Assembly: GCA_963678065.2 (NCBI GenBank)
Contig: CAXXVZ010000003.1
Coordinates: 1,472,001 to 1,536,000 of the forward strand
Reading direction: 5' to 3'
Source of the DNA: Treponemataceae bacterium
GTDB taxonomy: Bacteria > Spirochaetota > Spirochaetia > Treponematales > Rectinemataceae
DNA length: 64,000 nucleotides
This document shows, one piece after another, positions 9,876 through 18,244 of this stretch. The number at the start of each line of letters is the position of its first letter. Position 1 is the first letter of the stretch. A model generated the notes under the pieces. The model searched no databases. It was not told the origin of the DNA and saw only the letters and a program-made list of their open reading frames with translations. The position numbers were made by a program, and so were the translations under genes.

Positions 9876-10571
9876 TCAATGAAAGCCGTCGGCCGTATGC
9901 GGGGCGGGAGCCGCCACCAGATGATGGAGCGCGGCAGCGTATTCCTCAGGCTTGTCGATGTCGAGTATGACACCTTCGCAGTCCGTCTCCACCAGAGCGT
10001 GAGCGCCTGCCTCCACGAAGTCCCTCATCCTCGCTCCCGGACCGAGGCCGAGCATCGCCGGAATCCTGGACGAGGGCAGGAGGACGGGATGACCCGCCCT
10101 TCCCTTCCACGCGGCAAAAAGCGCGATGCCGGCTTCCTCCGCGCGCCGTCGTCCCTCATCGTCCGCAAGCAGCCTGTACACGCGGGACTCCACGAGCGGC
10201 ATGTCGGCGTGGATTATGAAAAAACTGTCTGTCTTCACGAAAGGCAGCGCCGACTGGATCGAGCCCGTCATCCCCTCTTCCCAGTCCGGGTTGTGGACAA
10301 ACTCGATCCCCGGTTCCGATCCGGCCAGCTGCGGCCCGACCGGATCAGGACCAGCCAGCCCCATTCCGTCTGGCTGCGAGGATAGATCGGCGCGAAGTCT
10401 TTCCCGGACTCGATCGCCGCGACAGCCGGTCACGAGGATGATCCGGCATCCCGCCGATCTTGCCGCCGCGATGACCGCCCCGGCCATCGTGGAGCCGCCC
10501 CAGGCGAGAAGCGGCTTGCATTCCCCCATCCGCGACGAGGCTCCCGCCGCGAGGACGATGCAGTCGGGCAT
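9876..10571 (-). CDS. MocA/MobA-like NTP transferase
   Basis: IVLAAGASSRMG.CKPLL, NPDWEEGM, ADMP, GHPV and DID motifs. Confidence 0.8.
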   Translation of the reverse strand: MPDCIVLAAGASSRMGECKPLLAWGGSTMAGAVIAAARSAGCRIILVTGCRGDRVRERLRADLSSQPDGMGLAGPDPVGPQLAGSEPGIEFVHNPDWEEGMTGSIQSALPFVKTDSFFIIHADMPLVESRVYRLLADDEGRRRAEEAGIALFAAWKGRAGHPVLLPSSRIPAMLGLGPGARMRDFVEAGAHALVETDCEGVILDIDKPEEYAAALHHLVAAPAPHTADGFH

Positions 10572-10590
10572 GCCGGGCGCGCCCACGGCG

Positions 10591-12048
10591 TCAATTCCCT
10601 GCCACAGCGACGAGCCCCGCACGTTCCGCCTCGACGAAGGCGCGCAGCCTCGCGATCTCCTCGGTCGTCCTCACGGCCGCCGGGCCGCCGGTCTGGCTGC
10701 GGCGGGCCACGCAGGCGTCGAGGTCGAGGTAGGACTCGAGCTCAGCCTGCGTGATGCCCGCCTGCGCGAGCGCGGGATGGGCCTCCTGGATCTGTTTCGT
10801 GGACAGATCGGCAGGCCCGCACTTCAGCTCGAGGCAGAGCATGACGACGCTCTTCGCGGCCGCGTAGGCCGTCCGGAAAGGAATGCCCTTCAGAACCATG
10901 TACTCGGCGACATCGGTGGCCTCGAGAAATCCTTCCCTCGCGGATGTTCTCATCCGCTGCGCATCGACGAGGAGCGAGCGCACCAGGACAGAGAACGCAA
11001 AGAGACTGCCCGCCGTCGTGTCGCAGAGATCGAAGAGCGCGGCCTTGTCCTCCTGGAGGTCCCGGTCGTAGGCGTAGGCGAGCCCCTTCTGCATGGTAAG
11101 AAGGTTCATGAGCGAGCCGTAGACCCTCCCCGTCTTGCCGCGGATAAGCTCCGCCGGGTCCGGATTGCGCTTCTGGGGCATGATGCTCGAACCCGTTGAC
11201 GCCGCCGGAGTGATCGAGACGAAGCGGTACTCGGTGCTCGCCCAGAGGATGATCTCCTCGCAGGCGCGGGAGAGCCGCGTCATCAGCATGGCAGCGGCGG
11301 AAGCCAGCTCGACGCAGGCATCCCTGTCCGCGACTGAGTCCATGGTGTTGCGCGTCGGCCTCGCGAAGCCGAGAGCGACCGCCGTGAACTCCCTGTCCAC
11401 GGGCAGGCCGGAGCCGGCCAAAGCCCCCGCGCCCAGGGGACACTCGTTCGCCCTCGCCTCGGCGTCGCGCAGCCTCCCGTAGTCCCTCTCGAAGCCGGCG
11501 CACCAGGCCAACAGATGGTGAGCCAGCGTCACGCCCTGGGCCCGCTGGAGATGGGTGTAGCCGGGCATGAGAGTCGCGGTATTTTCTGCGGCGAGGTCGA
11601 GCACCGCGCCCATCGTCGAGAGCAGCCGGCCGCGCAGCTCGCGGAATGAGCGGCGCAGGTAGAGCCTCAAGGCCGTCGCGACCTGGTCGTTGCGCGATCT
11701 CCCCGCGTGCACGGCGCGCCCCACGTCCCCCAGACGCCTCGTCAGCTCTGCCTCGATGAAGGAGTGCACATCCTCGCTCGCAGGATCGACGGCGAGGGCG
11801 CCGGAGCGCGCCTCTTCCATCATCCGCCCGAGTTCGGCCGCGAGAGCCTGTGCGTCGGCGGCCGGGATGATGCCCGTCATGCCGAGCATGCGCGCGTGGG
11901 CGATCGAGCCTTCGATATCATCGTACAGGAGGCGGCTGTCCACGGAGAGTGAGGACAGGAAAACTTCAAGATCCGGATCGAGGCCGGGTGTCTGCGCTGC
12001 GGCCTCCTCTCGTTTCGCCTGGCCGGACAGTTCCCACAATTTCGCCAT
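10591..12048 (-). CDS. argH: Argininosuccinate lyase
   Basis: GRSRNDQV, PGYTHLQRAQ and GSSIMPQKRNPD motifs. Confidence 0.95.
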   Translation of the reverse strand: MAKLWELSGQAKREEAAAQTPGLDPDLEVFLSSLSVDSRLLYDDIEGSIAHARMLGMTGIIPAADAQALAAELGRMMEEARSGALAVDPASEDVHSFIEAELTRRLGDVGRAVHAGRSRNDQVATALRLYLRRSFRELRGRLLSTMGAVLDLAAENTATLMPGYTHLQRAQGVTLAHHLLAWCAGFERDYGRLRDAEARANECPLGAGALAGSGLPVDREFTAVALGFARPTRNTMDSVADRDACVELASAAAMLMTRLSRACEEIILWASTEYRFVSITPAASTGSSIMPQKRNPDPAELIRGKTGRVYGSLMNLLTMQKGLAYAYDRDLQEDKAALFDLCDTTAGSLFAFSVLVRSLLVDAQRMRTSAREGFLEATDVAEYMVLKGIPFRTAYAAAKSVVMLCLELKCGPADLSTKQIQEAHPALAQAGITQAELESYLDLDACVARRSQTGGPAAVRTTEEIARLRAFVEAERAGLVAVAGN

Positions 12049-12065
12049 TGTTCTTTCTGTTCCTT

Positions 12066-12203
12066 ATAAAAAGAATGGCCGCGGGACGAACCCGCGGCTC
12101 AAGGTCGATCGCGATCACCGCAGATCCCTCCAGAGAGGCCGCGCCATTCGCAGCCTTCCGGAAGAACCCGCATCAAGGGTAGCGCATCGCCGGCTTTTGT
12201 CAA
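12066..12203 (-). ncRNA. Putative structured leader/sRNA with its own promoter and terminator between argG and argH
   Basis: TTGACA(12203-12198)-N16-TACCCT, then a ~23-bp stem (12120-12171), a small hairpin and a GC hairpin (12078-12098) with U-tract. Confidence 0.5.
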
Positions 12204-12227
12204 CCGCCGCCGGCACGGTACCCCGGT

Positions 12228-13505
12228 CTAGTCGCCGGAAGGCGCCGTGTAGCCCGAAGAACCCGGAACGAGGACATCCGGCGTTATAGCGCTGCCCGCG
12301 GCCTTGATCCGGGCCTCGAGCCTCGCCCTGACCTTGGTCGGCAGGCCGAAGAGGTTGATGAAGCCCGTCGAGTCGTGGTGGGAGAAGAGCGGTCCTGTCG
12401 TGAAGCTCGCGAGCGAGGCATCGTAGAGGGAATAGGGCGACTTCATGCCAGCGGCGATCATCGATCCCTTGTAGAGCTTGAGGGTGACGCTTCCGGATAC
12501 GCGCTTCTGGGTCACATCGACAAAGGCGCAGAGGGCTTCCTTGAGCGGGCAGAACCACTCGCCCTCGTAGAGGATCTCGGCGAAGCGCTGCCCCACCGCC
12601 TGCTTGAAGGAGAGAGTCTTCTTGTCCAGGCAGAGCTGTTCGAGTTTCTCGTGGGCTTCCATGAGGATGGTCCCGCCAGGGGTCTCGTAGACGCCGCGCG
12701 ACTTCATGCCGACGACGCGGTTTTCCACCATGTCGAGGATGCCGATGCCGTTGCGCCCTCCGATCTCGTTGAGCTTCTTGATGAGGTTGAGGCCGCCCAT
12801 CGCGAGCCCGTTGAGGGAGACCGGCACACCTTCTTCGAAACCGATAGTGACGTATTCAGGCTTGTCGGGCGCCTTCTCCGGCGTCACGCACATTTTGAGC
12901 ATACCCTCGTATTTGGGCTCGTTGGCCGGGTCCTCGAGGTCGAGGCCCTCGTGGCTGATGTGCCAGAGATTGTCGTCGCGGCTGTAGCTGTCGGACTTCT
13001 TCATGGGAACCGGGATTCCGCGTTTCTCGAGGTACTCGATCTCCTCTTCGCGGCTCTGAATGTCCCAGATGCGCCAGGGAGCGATGACGGACATCTCCGG
13101 GGCGAAGGCCTTGAGCCCAAGTTCAAAGCGAACCTGATCGTTGCCCTTGCCGGTGCAGCCGTGGGCGACGGCGTCGGCGCCTTCGGCGATGGCCGCCTGC
13201 GCGAGTCCCTTTGCGATGAGTGGGCGCGCGGCCGAGGTTCCGAGGAGATAGCGTCTCTCGTAGGGGGTGCCCGTCTTTATGAGGGGCCAGAGGTAGTCCG
13301 TCACGAACTCGTCCTTGAGGTCCTGGACGATGAGTTTGGTGGCTCCTGAAGCTATTGCGCGCTTCTCGAGGCCGACCCAGTCGCACTCCTGGCCTACATC
13401 TCCGCAGACGGCGATCACCTCGCAGTCATAATTCTCCTTGAGCCAGGGTACGATCACGGTGGTGTCGAGTCCGCCGGAATAAGCCAGTACGATCTTCTTT
13501 TTCAT
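12228..13505 (-). CDS. argG: Argininosuccinate synthase
   Basis: LAYSGGLDT, HGCTGKGNDQVRFE and KSRGVYETPG motifs. Confidence 0.97.
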   Translation of the reverse strand: MKKKIVLAYSGGLDTTVIVPWLKENYDCEVIAVCGDVGQECDWVGLEKRAIASGATKLIVQDLKDEFVTDYLWPLIKTGTPYERRYLLGTSAARPLIAKGLAQAAIAEGADAVAHGCTGKGNDQVRFELGLKAFAPEMSVIAPWRIWDIQSREEEIEYLEKRGIPVPMKKSDSYSRDDNLWHISHEGLDLEDPANEPKYEGMLKMCVTPEKAPDKPEYVTIGFEEGVPVSLNGLAMGGLNLIKKLNEIGGRNGIGILDMVENRVVGMKSRGVYETPGGTILMEAHEKLEQLCLDKKTLSFKQAVGQRFAEILYEGEWFCPLKEALCAFVDVTQKRVSGSVTLKLYKGSMIAAGMKSPYSLYDASLASFTTGPLFSHHDSTGFINLFGLPTKVRARLEARIKAAGSAITPDVLVPGSSGYTAPSGD

Positions 13506-13584
13506 CGGATGCTCCTTGTGGCGCGCGTTTCATGTACGAAACACAGCGGCAATACAGATAAATTGTGTGGGGGGAGAGAAGGCG

Positions 13585-13662
13585 TCAGCGACGACGGAGG
13601 CGGGCAAAATGGAAAAGAAAAGGGGCAAAGGACAATGAATTGTCCGCGTTCATGGTTGACAT
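13585..13662 (-). CDS. Putative Arg-rich leader peptide of argG (MSTMNADNSLSFAPFLFHFARLRRR)
   Basis: 25-codon ORF ending CGC CTC CGT CGT CGC TGA, 79 nt before argG; ATG lies 6 nt after the -10 box. Confidence 0.65.
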   Translation of the reverse strand: MSTMNADNSLSFAPFLFHFARLRRR

Positions 13663-13668
13663 GGAAGA

Positions 13669-13698
13669 ATCTTAGCATGTTCTTGCATATTTATCAAG
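13669..13698 (-). promoter_or_regulatory. argG promoter overlapped by an ARG-box-like site
   Basis: TTGATA-N17-TAAGAT with TG extension; TTGCATATTTATCAA resembles the ArgR box. Confidence 0.6.
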
Positions 13699-13842
13699 GC
13701 ATTACGGCATTTTTTTGTATAAATCAACAACTCTGCAGCATGTCGCGGGTATGAACCCACTGCCGAATCGGTCGCTTTTTGTATGGAATAAGGGGAATGG
13801 CCTCATGTTGACCGCGTTTCTCAACCGTAGTACAACCGGAGC

Positions 13843-14130
13843 ATGGCGAAAAAAGAAGAGATCGTCACGTTCAAGGCTGACGAGCGGCTCCTGGCCGCGC
13901 TCGAAGGGGTGGCCAACCGCTCGGCCTTCATCCGCGATGCCATCCTCGCCGCCCTCGAGAGCCGCTGTCCCCTCTGCCGCGGCACAGGAATTCTCAACGA
14001 GGAACAGCGCGGCCACTGGGAGGAATTTTCGCGTCACCACAGGATCGTCGAGTGCGGCGATTGCCACGCCTTGCATCTGATATGCGACGCCGAGGAGCGT
14101 CCTTTACCCCACAGCGAGCCTGAGATATAG
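13843..14130 (+). CDS. CopG-like ribbon-helix-helix protein with Cys-rich Zn-binding tail
   Basis: IVTFKAD...NRSAFIRDAI RHH pattern; CPLC and CGDC pairs. Confidence 0.6.
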   Translation: MAKKEEIVTFKADERLLAALEGVANRSAFIRDAILAALESRCPLCRGTGILNEEQRGHWEEFSRHHRIVECGDCHALHLICDAEERPLPHSEPEI

Positions 14131-14137
14131 TAAAACA

Positions 14138-15022
14138 ATGATTTTCATCGATCGCACCGACGGGCGCAAGCTCCGCAACCTGTCGTCCTTCACTGCGCTC
14201 ATGCCCTACCTCATGAGGGGACGCAATGAGTCAGCCGTCTATTTTTCCAAAGATATCGATGTAGAGAATGCCCTGCGCTACGTCCACAGGAAGAACGCCG
14301 AGTTCGACTCGGCCTCCGACGAGGAAGACGGCCGCTACTCCCTGTTCGGCGTCGTGCTCGCCACGGCGGCCAGGACTCTCGCCCTGAAGCCCCGGCTCAA
14401 CTGGTTCATCCACCGCCGGGGACTGTACGAGCGGAACCACATCTGCCTTTCATTCATCGTGAAGAAGCGCCTCACCGAGGAGGCCGGGGAATCGAACGCA
14501 AAAATCTACTTCAAGCCTGAGGACACTGTTTCCGAATCCATGGAGCGAATCAACGCGGCCATTGAGGAGGCGCGGGGAGATAAACCGAACGACGGAGACC
14601 GGGAGGCTGATCTCTGCCACGCCATCCCCTTCGGGAAGGCCATCATCACCTCCGGGTTCCGCCTCCTCGACCGCTTCAACCTCGCCCCGGGCTGGATGAT
14701 CCGCAACGATCCTCTCTTCACCTCGATCTTCTTCGCCAACCTGGGAAGCATAGGACTCGACACACCCTTCCACCACCTCTACGAGTGGGGCTCGGCCAGC
14801 CTCTTCGTCGTGATGGGCAAGATGTTCCAGAAGGAAGTTATCCGCCATGACGGCTCGACGAGCCGCAGGCACTTCATCAATTTCAAGGTATCGGTGGACG
14901 AGCGCATAGCCGACGGGCTCTACTTCGCCCACGCCGCATCGCTCTTCCACAGACTCATCGGTCACCCTGAGATGCTCGAGGAGAGGCCCGATCTGTCGGC
15001 TGCCAGCATCAGGAATCACTGA
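14138..15022 (+). CDS. Stand-alone 2-oxoacid dehydrogenase E2/CAT-like acyltransferase domain protein
   Basis: NLGSIG and C-terminal VDERIADG (variant of DHRxxDG); no lipoyl domain. Confidence 0.65.
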   Translation: MIFIDRTDGRKLRNLSSFTALMPYLMRGRNESAVYFSKDIDVENALRYVHRKNAEFDSASDEEDGRYSLFGVVLATAARTLALKPRLNWFIHRRGLYERNHICLSFIVKKRLTEEAGESNAKIYFKPEDTVSESMERINAAIEEARGDKPNDGDREADLCHAIPFGKAIITSGFRLLDRFNLAPGWMIRNDPLFTSIFFANLGSIGLDTPFHHLYEWGSASLFVVMGKMFQKEVIRHDGSTSRRHFINFKVSVDERIADGLYFAHAASLFHRLIGHPEMLEERPDLSAASIRNH

Positions 15023-15035
15023 AGAGGAGGTCCGC

Positions 15036-15569
15036 ATGAATCCGATTTTTGCCGAAGTCCCCAGGTTCTGGCGAATCATCACCCTGAAACCCTTCAGGAA
15101 GACACCCGGAGTCTCCTTCGACCTTGTGCCGATGGAACTCCTGCCCCGCATCGACGGCATCGACAGAGTCGTGCACGACCACGGCGCCATCTCTCCCGGC
15201 CCGGTCGGTGACGTACCGCGGCCTTGGTATCTGCATCCGCAGCAGGAAGACAACCTCATCGTCATGGCAGGGAAACGCATCGTCGACATCTACAGCGCCG
15301 AATACGGCCGGATGGAGAACTTTGTCGTCGAGCCTGACCGCGTCTGGCACAACGGAGAAATACTGTGCGACCGGCCCGCCATGCTTGTCTGGCCGGTCAA
15401 CGTCTACCACAGGATAGTTTCCGGGGAAACAGGCTCGTCATCCCTCAATTTCGCGGTTCGCCATCCCGGCTTCGACATCCACACAAACTTCTCGATCTAT
15501 GACCTCGACACAAAAACAGGCATTTCGCGCGTCATCCGCGAAGGAAGGCTTGACCAGAATCCGGGTTGA
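15036..15569 (+). CDS. Cupin-fold (RmlC-like) protein
   Basis: WYLHPQQEDNL and P.NVYHRI cupin-like motifs; GAGGAGG RBS. Confidence 0.55.
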   Translation: MNPIFAEVPRFWRIITLKPFRKTPGVSFDLVPMELLPRIDGIDRVVHDHGAISPGPVGDVPRPWYLHPQQEDNLIVMAGKRIVDIYSAEYGRMENFVVEPDRVWHNGEILCDRPAMLVWPVNVYHRIVSGETGSSSLNFAVRHPGFDIHTNFSIYDLDTKTGISRVIREGRLDQNPG

Positions 15570-15587
15570 GGCTATATCCGCTTAAGC

Positions 15588-16046
15588 ATGTCGATACCTG
15601 AGAAAGTCCGGGCCGTGCTCGCCTCCTTCGGAAAGGAAGCTCTCGAGTTCGAACCCGGCAGCACACCCACCGTCGCGTCGGCCGCGGCCCGGCTCGGAGT
15701 AGAACCCGGCCAGATCGCGAAATCCCTGCTCTTCAAAGGCAAACAGGGCGACTACCATATGGTCGTCTGCGCGGGCGACAAACGTATCTCATCCTCCAGA
15801 CTGAAGGCCCTCATGGGATCAAAACCGGGCATGACGGATCCGGCCGAGACACAGTCCGTCACCGGCTTCCTGCCGGGAGGGGTCTGCCCCTTCGGCCTTT
15901 CAGGCGTCAGCATATGGATCGACAGAAGCCTGGAAGCCTGGCCCGAGGTATTCCCTGCGGCGGGAACGGACGGAAGCGCGGTGAGGCTGGAATACGCCTC
16001 GCTCCTGGAAATAACGAAGGGAAGCGCCTGCTCGGTGGCAGATTGA
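15588..16046 (+). CDS. YbaK/EbsC aminoacyl-tRNA deacylase family protein
   Basis: QIAKSLLF, TGF.PGGVCPFG and PAAG motifs. Confidence 0.85.
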   Translation: MSIPEKVRAVLASFGKEALEFEPGSTPTVASAAARLGVEPGQIAKSLLFKGKQGDYHMVVCAGDKRISSSRLKALMGSKPGMTDPAETQSVTGFLPGGVCPFGLSGVSIWIDRSLEAWPEVFPAAGTDGSAVRLEYASLLEITKGSACSVAD

Positions 16047-16125
16047 GGTCGAATGGGCCGAAAAAGGCCCGACAGACTGTTACAACGCGAGAGGTCCCGC
16101 TGCCTCCGGCGGTTTCTCCAGCCTG

Positions 16126-16368
16126 TCAGACCGCTTCTTTTTTGGCTGCGCTATCGGAAGGAGCGGACTTCGGACAATTCGCACAGGACTTTTTGCTGTC
16201 GTTCACGTAGAAGCCGGAACCCTTGAAAATGATCCCGGTTCCTCCGCCGATGACCCGTTTCACCTTCTGGCCACATTCGGGACAAACAGTGACGGGTGCA
16301 TCCGCCATGCTCTGGAAGACTTCAAAGTTGTGTTTACAGGCCGTGCATCTGTACTCATAGGTGGGCAT
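16126..16368 (-). CDS. FmdB-family zinc-ribbon protein
   Basis: MPTYEYRCTAC...CPECG...IIFKGSGFYVND. Confidence 0.85.
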   Translation of the reverse strand: MPTYEYRCTACKHNFEVFQSMADAPVTVCPECGQKVKRVIGGGTGIIFKGSGFYVNDSKKSCANCPKSAPSDSAAKKEAV

Positions 16369-16494
16369 GATTGGAAAACCTCGGAAATCTGGGAATAGAT
16401 AAAGGATACTGAAAACGCGCACAATCGTAAAGACCGCGCAGGGGAAGCCAGGCGCGTGTCGCCGCGAAAAACCGAAAAATCCTCTTTCGCCCCA

Positions 16495-16748
16495 TTGACA
16501 AACGAAAGCAATATGCTAACATTAAACACGTAAAGAAAGTTGGGTGTTTGAGAGATTTCATAAAGTTCTGCGGAATCAAAAAGTTGTCCGTTTCAGTCCG
16601 AATGTCTATCAACTGTTGTAGGATTTAATCATTGTCTGTTTCGTTTCATACTTTTTGCCCAGGCTTGTGATTTCTTTCAAATGCTCCAACTCTCGAAAAT
16701 CAGCCAGCACTCCTGAGTTGAGTGTCAGAAAAAAAGTAGGAGCACAGT
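16495..16748 (+). promoter_or_regulatory. Sigma70 promoter plus long structured 5'UTR, copy 1
   Basis: TTGACA-N16-TAACAT; long hairpin 16535-16694; small hairpin 16707-16726; AGGAG RBS. Homologous to 17990-18244. Confidence 0.7.
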
Positions 16749-17243
16749 ATGAAAAAGTCAGAGCTCATCGCCGTCGTCTTCACCCTCGTCGCCGCCATCT
16801 CTTCCTTCGCAATCGTCGCCAATCCGACCGTCGCTTCGGTCAGCATCAGCGGCTCCGTCCTGCCGGTCCTGAGCGTCGCGGTCAGCAACTCCACCGTCAC
16901 CGTCGCATCGCTCTCGGATACAGGCGGGTCCATCGACCTCGGAAAAGCCACCTTCATCAGCAACTACAAGTCCTGGAAGGTCACCTTCTCCTCGGCCAAC
17001 GGTGGCAAGCTCAAGCACTCCGATTCCGCTGTTTCCGACGTCATTTACTACAACTTCACCGCGGGCAGCATGGTCTCGAATGTCTCTCTCTCGGGAGCGC
17101 AGACGGTCAACATGACTACGAAGACCGCCAAGGGAGGAGATGAGTACGCGATGGGCGTCGTTTATTCCGCCAACAACTCCGCCAACTACCTGACCTCCGG
17201 CGTCTACTCCGACACCATCACGATCACGGTCGCCTCGAACTGA
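16749..17243 (+). CDS. Secreted Csu/spore-coat-U-like pilin subunit, copy 1
   Basis: Signal peptide, beta-rich Ser/Thr/Val sequence, C-terminal GVYSDTITITV motif. Confidence 0.6.
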   Translation: MKKSELIAVVFTLVAAISSFAIVANPTVASVSISGSVLPVLSVAVSNSTVTVASLSDTGGSIDLGKATFISNYKSWKVTFSSANGGKLKHSDSAVSDVIYYNFTAGSMVSNVSLSGAQTVNMTTKTAKGGDEYAMGVVYSANNSANYLTSGVYSDTITITVASN

Positions 17244-17297
17244 TCCAGCGGACGGCCCGCCGGGCCGGACACCGGGGGCCGTTCCCGAAAAGGCGAA

Positions 17298-17885
17298 CTA
17301 TTCGCCCTTGACCGGAGGGAAACCCCTGCGGAATTTGCGGCGCATGACTATGGCATCGGAACAAGATCCCTCGGAACTAGGGAAGAAAGCCTTCATCGTG
17401 CCGGTCTCCGCGAAGCCTTCACTCAGGTACATGGATCGGGCCCGCACCCATCGGGTGTTGACGACGAGGAGTTCTTCGCGGATTTTCGGGACGGATTCCA
17501 TGATTTGCTCGCGGGCAGAGCGGAAAAGCGACTTCCCCGCACCGGTACCGCGGAGGGAAGGATGGATAGTGAGCGAGGCTGTGTAGAGGACGCTTCCTGA
17601 AGGATCGAAGCGCTCGCGGGCAGCATGTCCGAGACAGAAAGCCCGGGAGTAATCCGCTTTCGCGGGGATAGCCTGCCAAAGCTCGGAGCAATAATAGCCG
17701 AGAACTTCGCCGCGGCCTGAGGCTCTGAGCACGAGGAAGCCTTGCGGGAACACTTCGAGCCGTTCGCGGAACACCGACTCCGCTTCGACGATCGCGCTGT
17801 CGAATCCTGCACGTTCCAGTTCCATGATCGCGGGAAAATCGGCCGGAAGCGCATGATCCAGGAAAAGCCCCTCATGAAAATCCAT
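17298..17885 (-). CDS. GNAT-family N-acetyltransferase
   Basis: LTIHPSLRGTGAGKSL acetyl-CoA motif and A..MY..EGF; probable start 17885. Confidence 0.75.
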   Translation of the reverse strand: MDFHEGLFLDHALPADFPAIMELERAGFDSAIVEAESVFRERLEVFPQGFLVLRASGRGEVLGYYCSELWQAIPAKADYSRAFCLGHAARERFDPSGSVLYTASLTIHPSLRGTGAGKSLFRSAREQIMESVPKIREELLVVNTRWVRARSMYLSEGFAETGTMKAFFPSSEGSCSDAIVMRRKFRRGFPPVKGE

Positions 17886-17989
17886 AGAGGGGAGCATGCC
17901 GGTTTCGCCCATGATTTTCAAGCCGAAGCGCCGCAGAGCGGCGCGCATGCCGAATTCCGAAAGATTTTCATTTTTTTTGAATTCCGGTA

Positions 17990-18244
17990 TTGACAAAACT
18001 TGGCCATATACTAATATTAGTTTTGTAAAGAAAGTTAGAGGTTTGAGAGATTTTAGAAAGTTTTGCGGGAATCAAAAAGTTTTGTGTCATTCCGATTGTT
18101 TATCAACTGTTTCAAGATTTAATGATTGTAGGGCTTGTTGTATACTTTTTGACCCCGGCTTTTGATTTCTTTCAGATTCTCCAACTCTCAAAAATTTAAC
18201 CGGCACTCCGGAGTTGAGTGTCAAAAAAAAAGTAGGAGCGCAGT
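17990..18244 (+). promoter_or_regulatory. Sigma70 promoter plus long structured 5'UTR, copy 2
   Basis: TTGACA-N16-TAATAT; hairpin 18030-18189; small hairpin 18202-18222; AGGAG RBS. Confidence 0.7.

Noticed and set aside
12076..12171. tRNA or SRP RNA identity for the argG-argH element
   Set aside because: GGTTCG and TCCGGAAGG resemble the T-loop and SRP motifs, but there is no cloverleaf and no CAGG/AGCAG internal loop.
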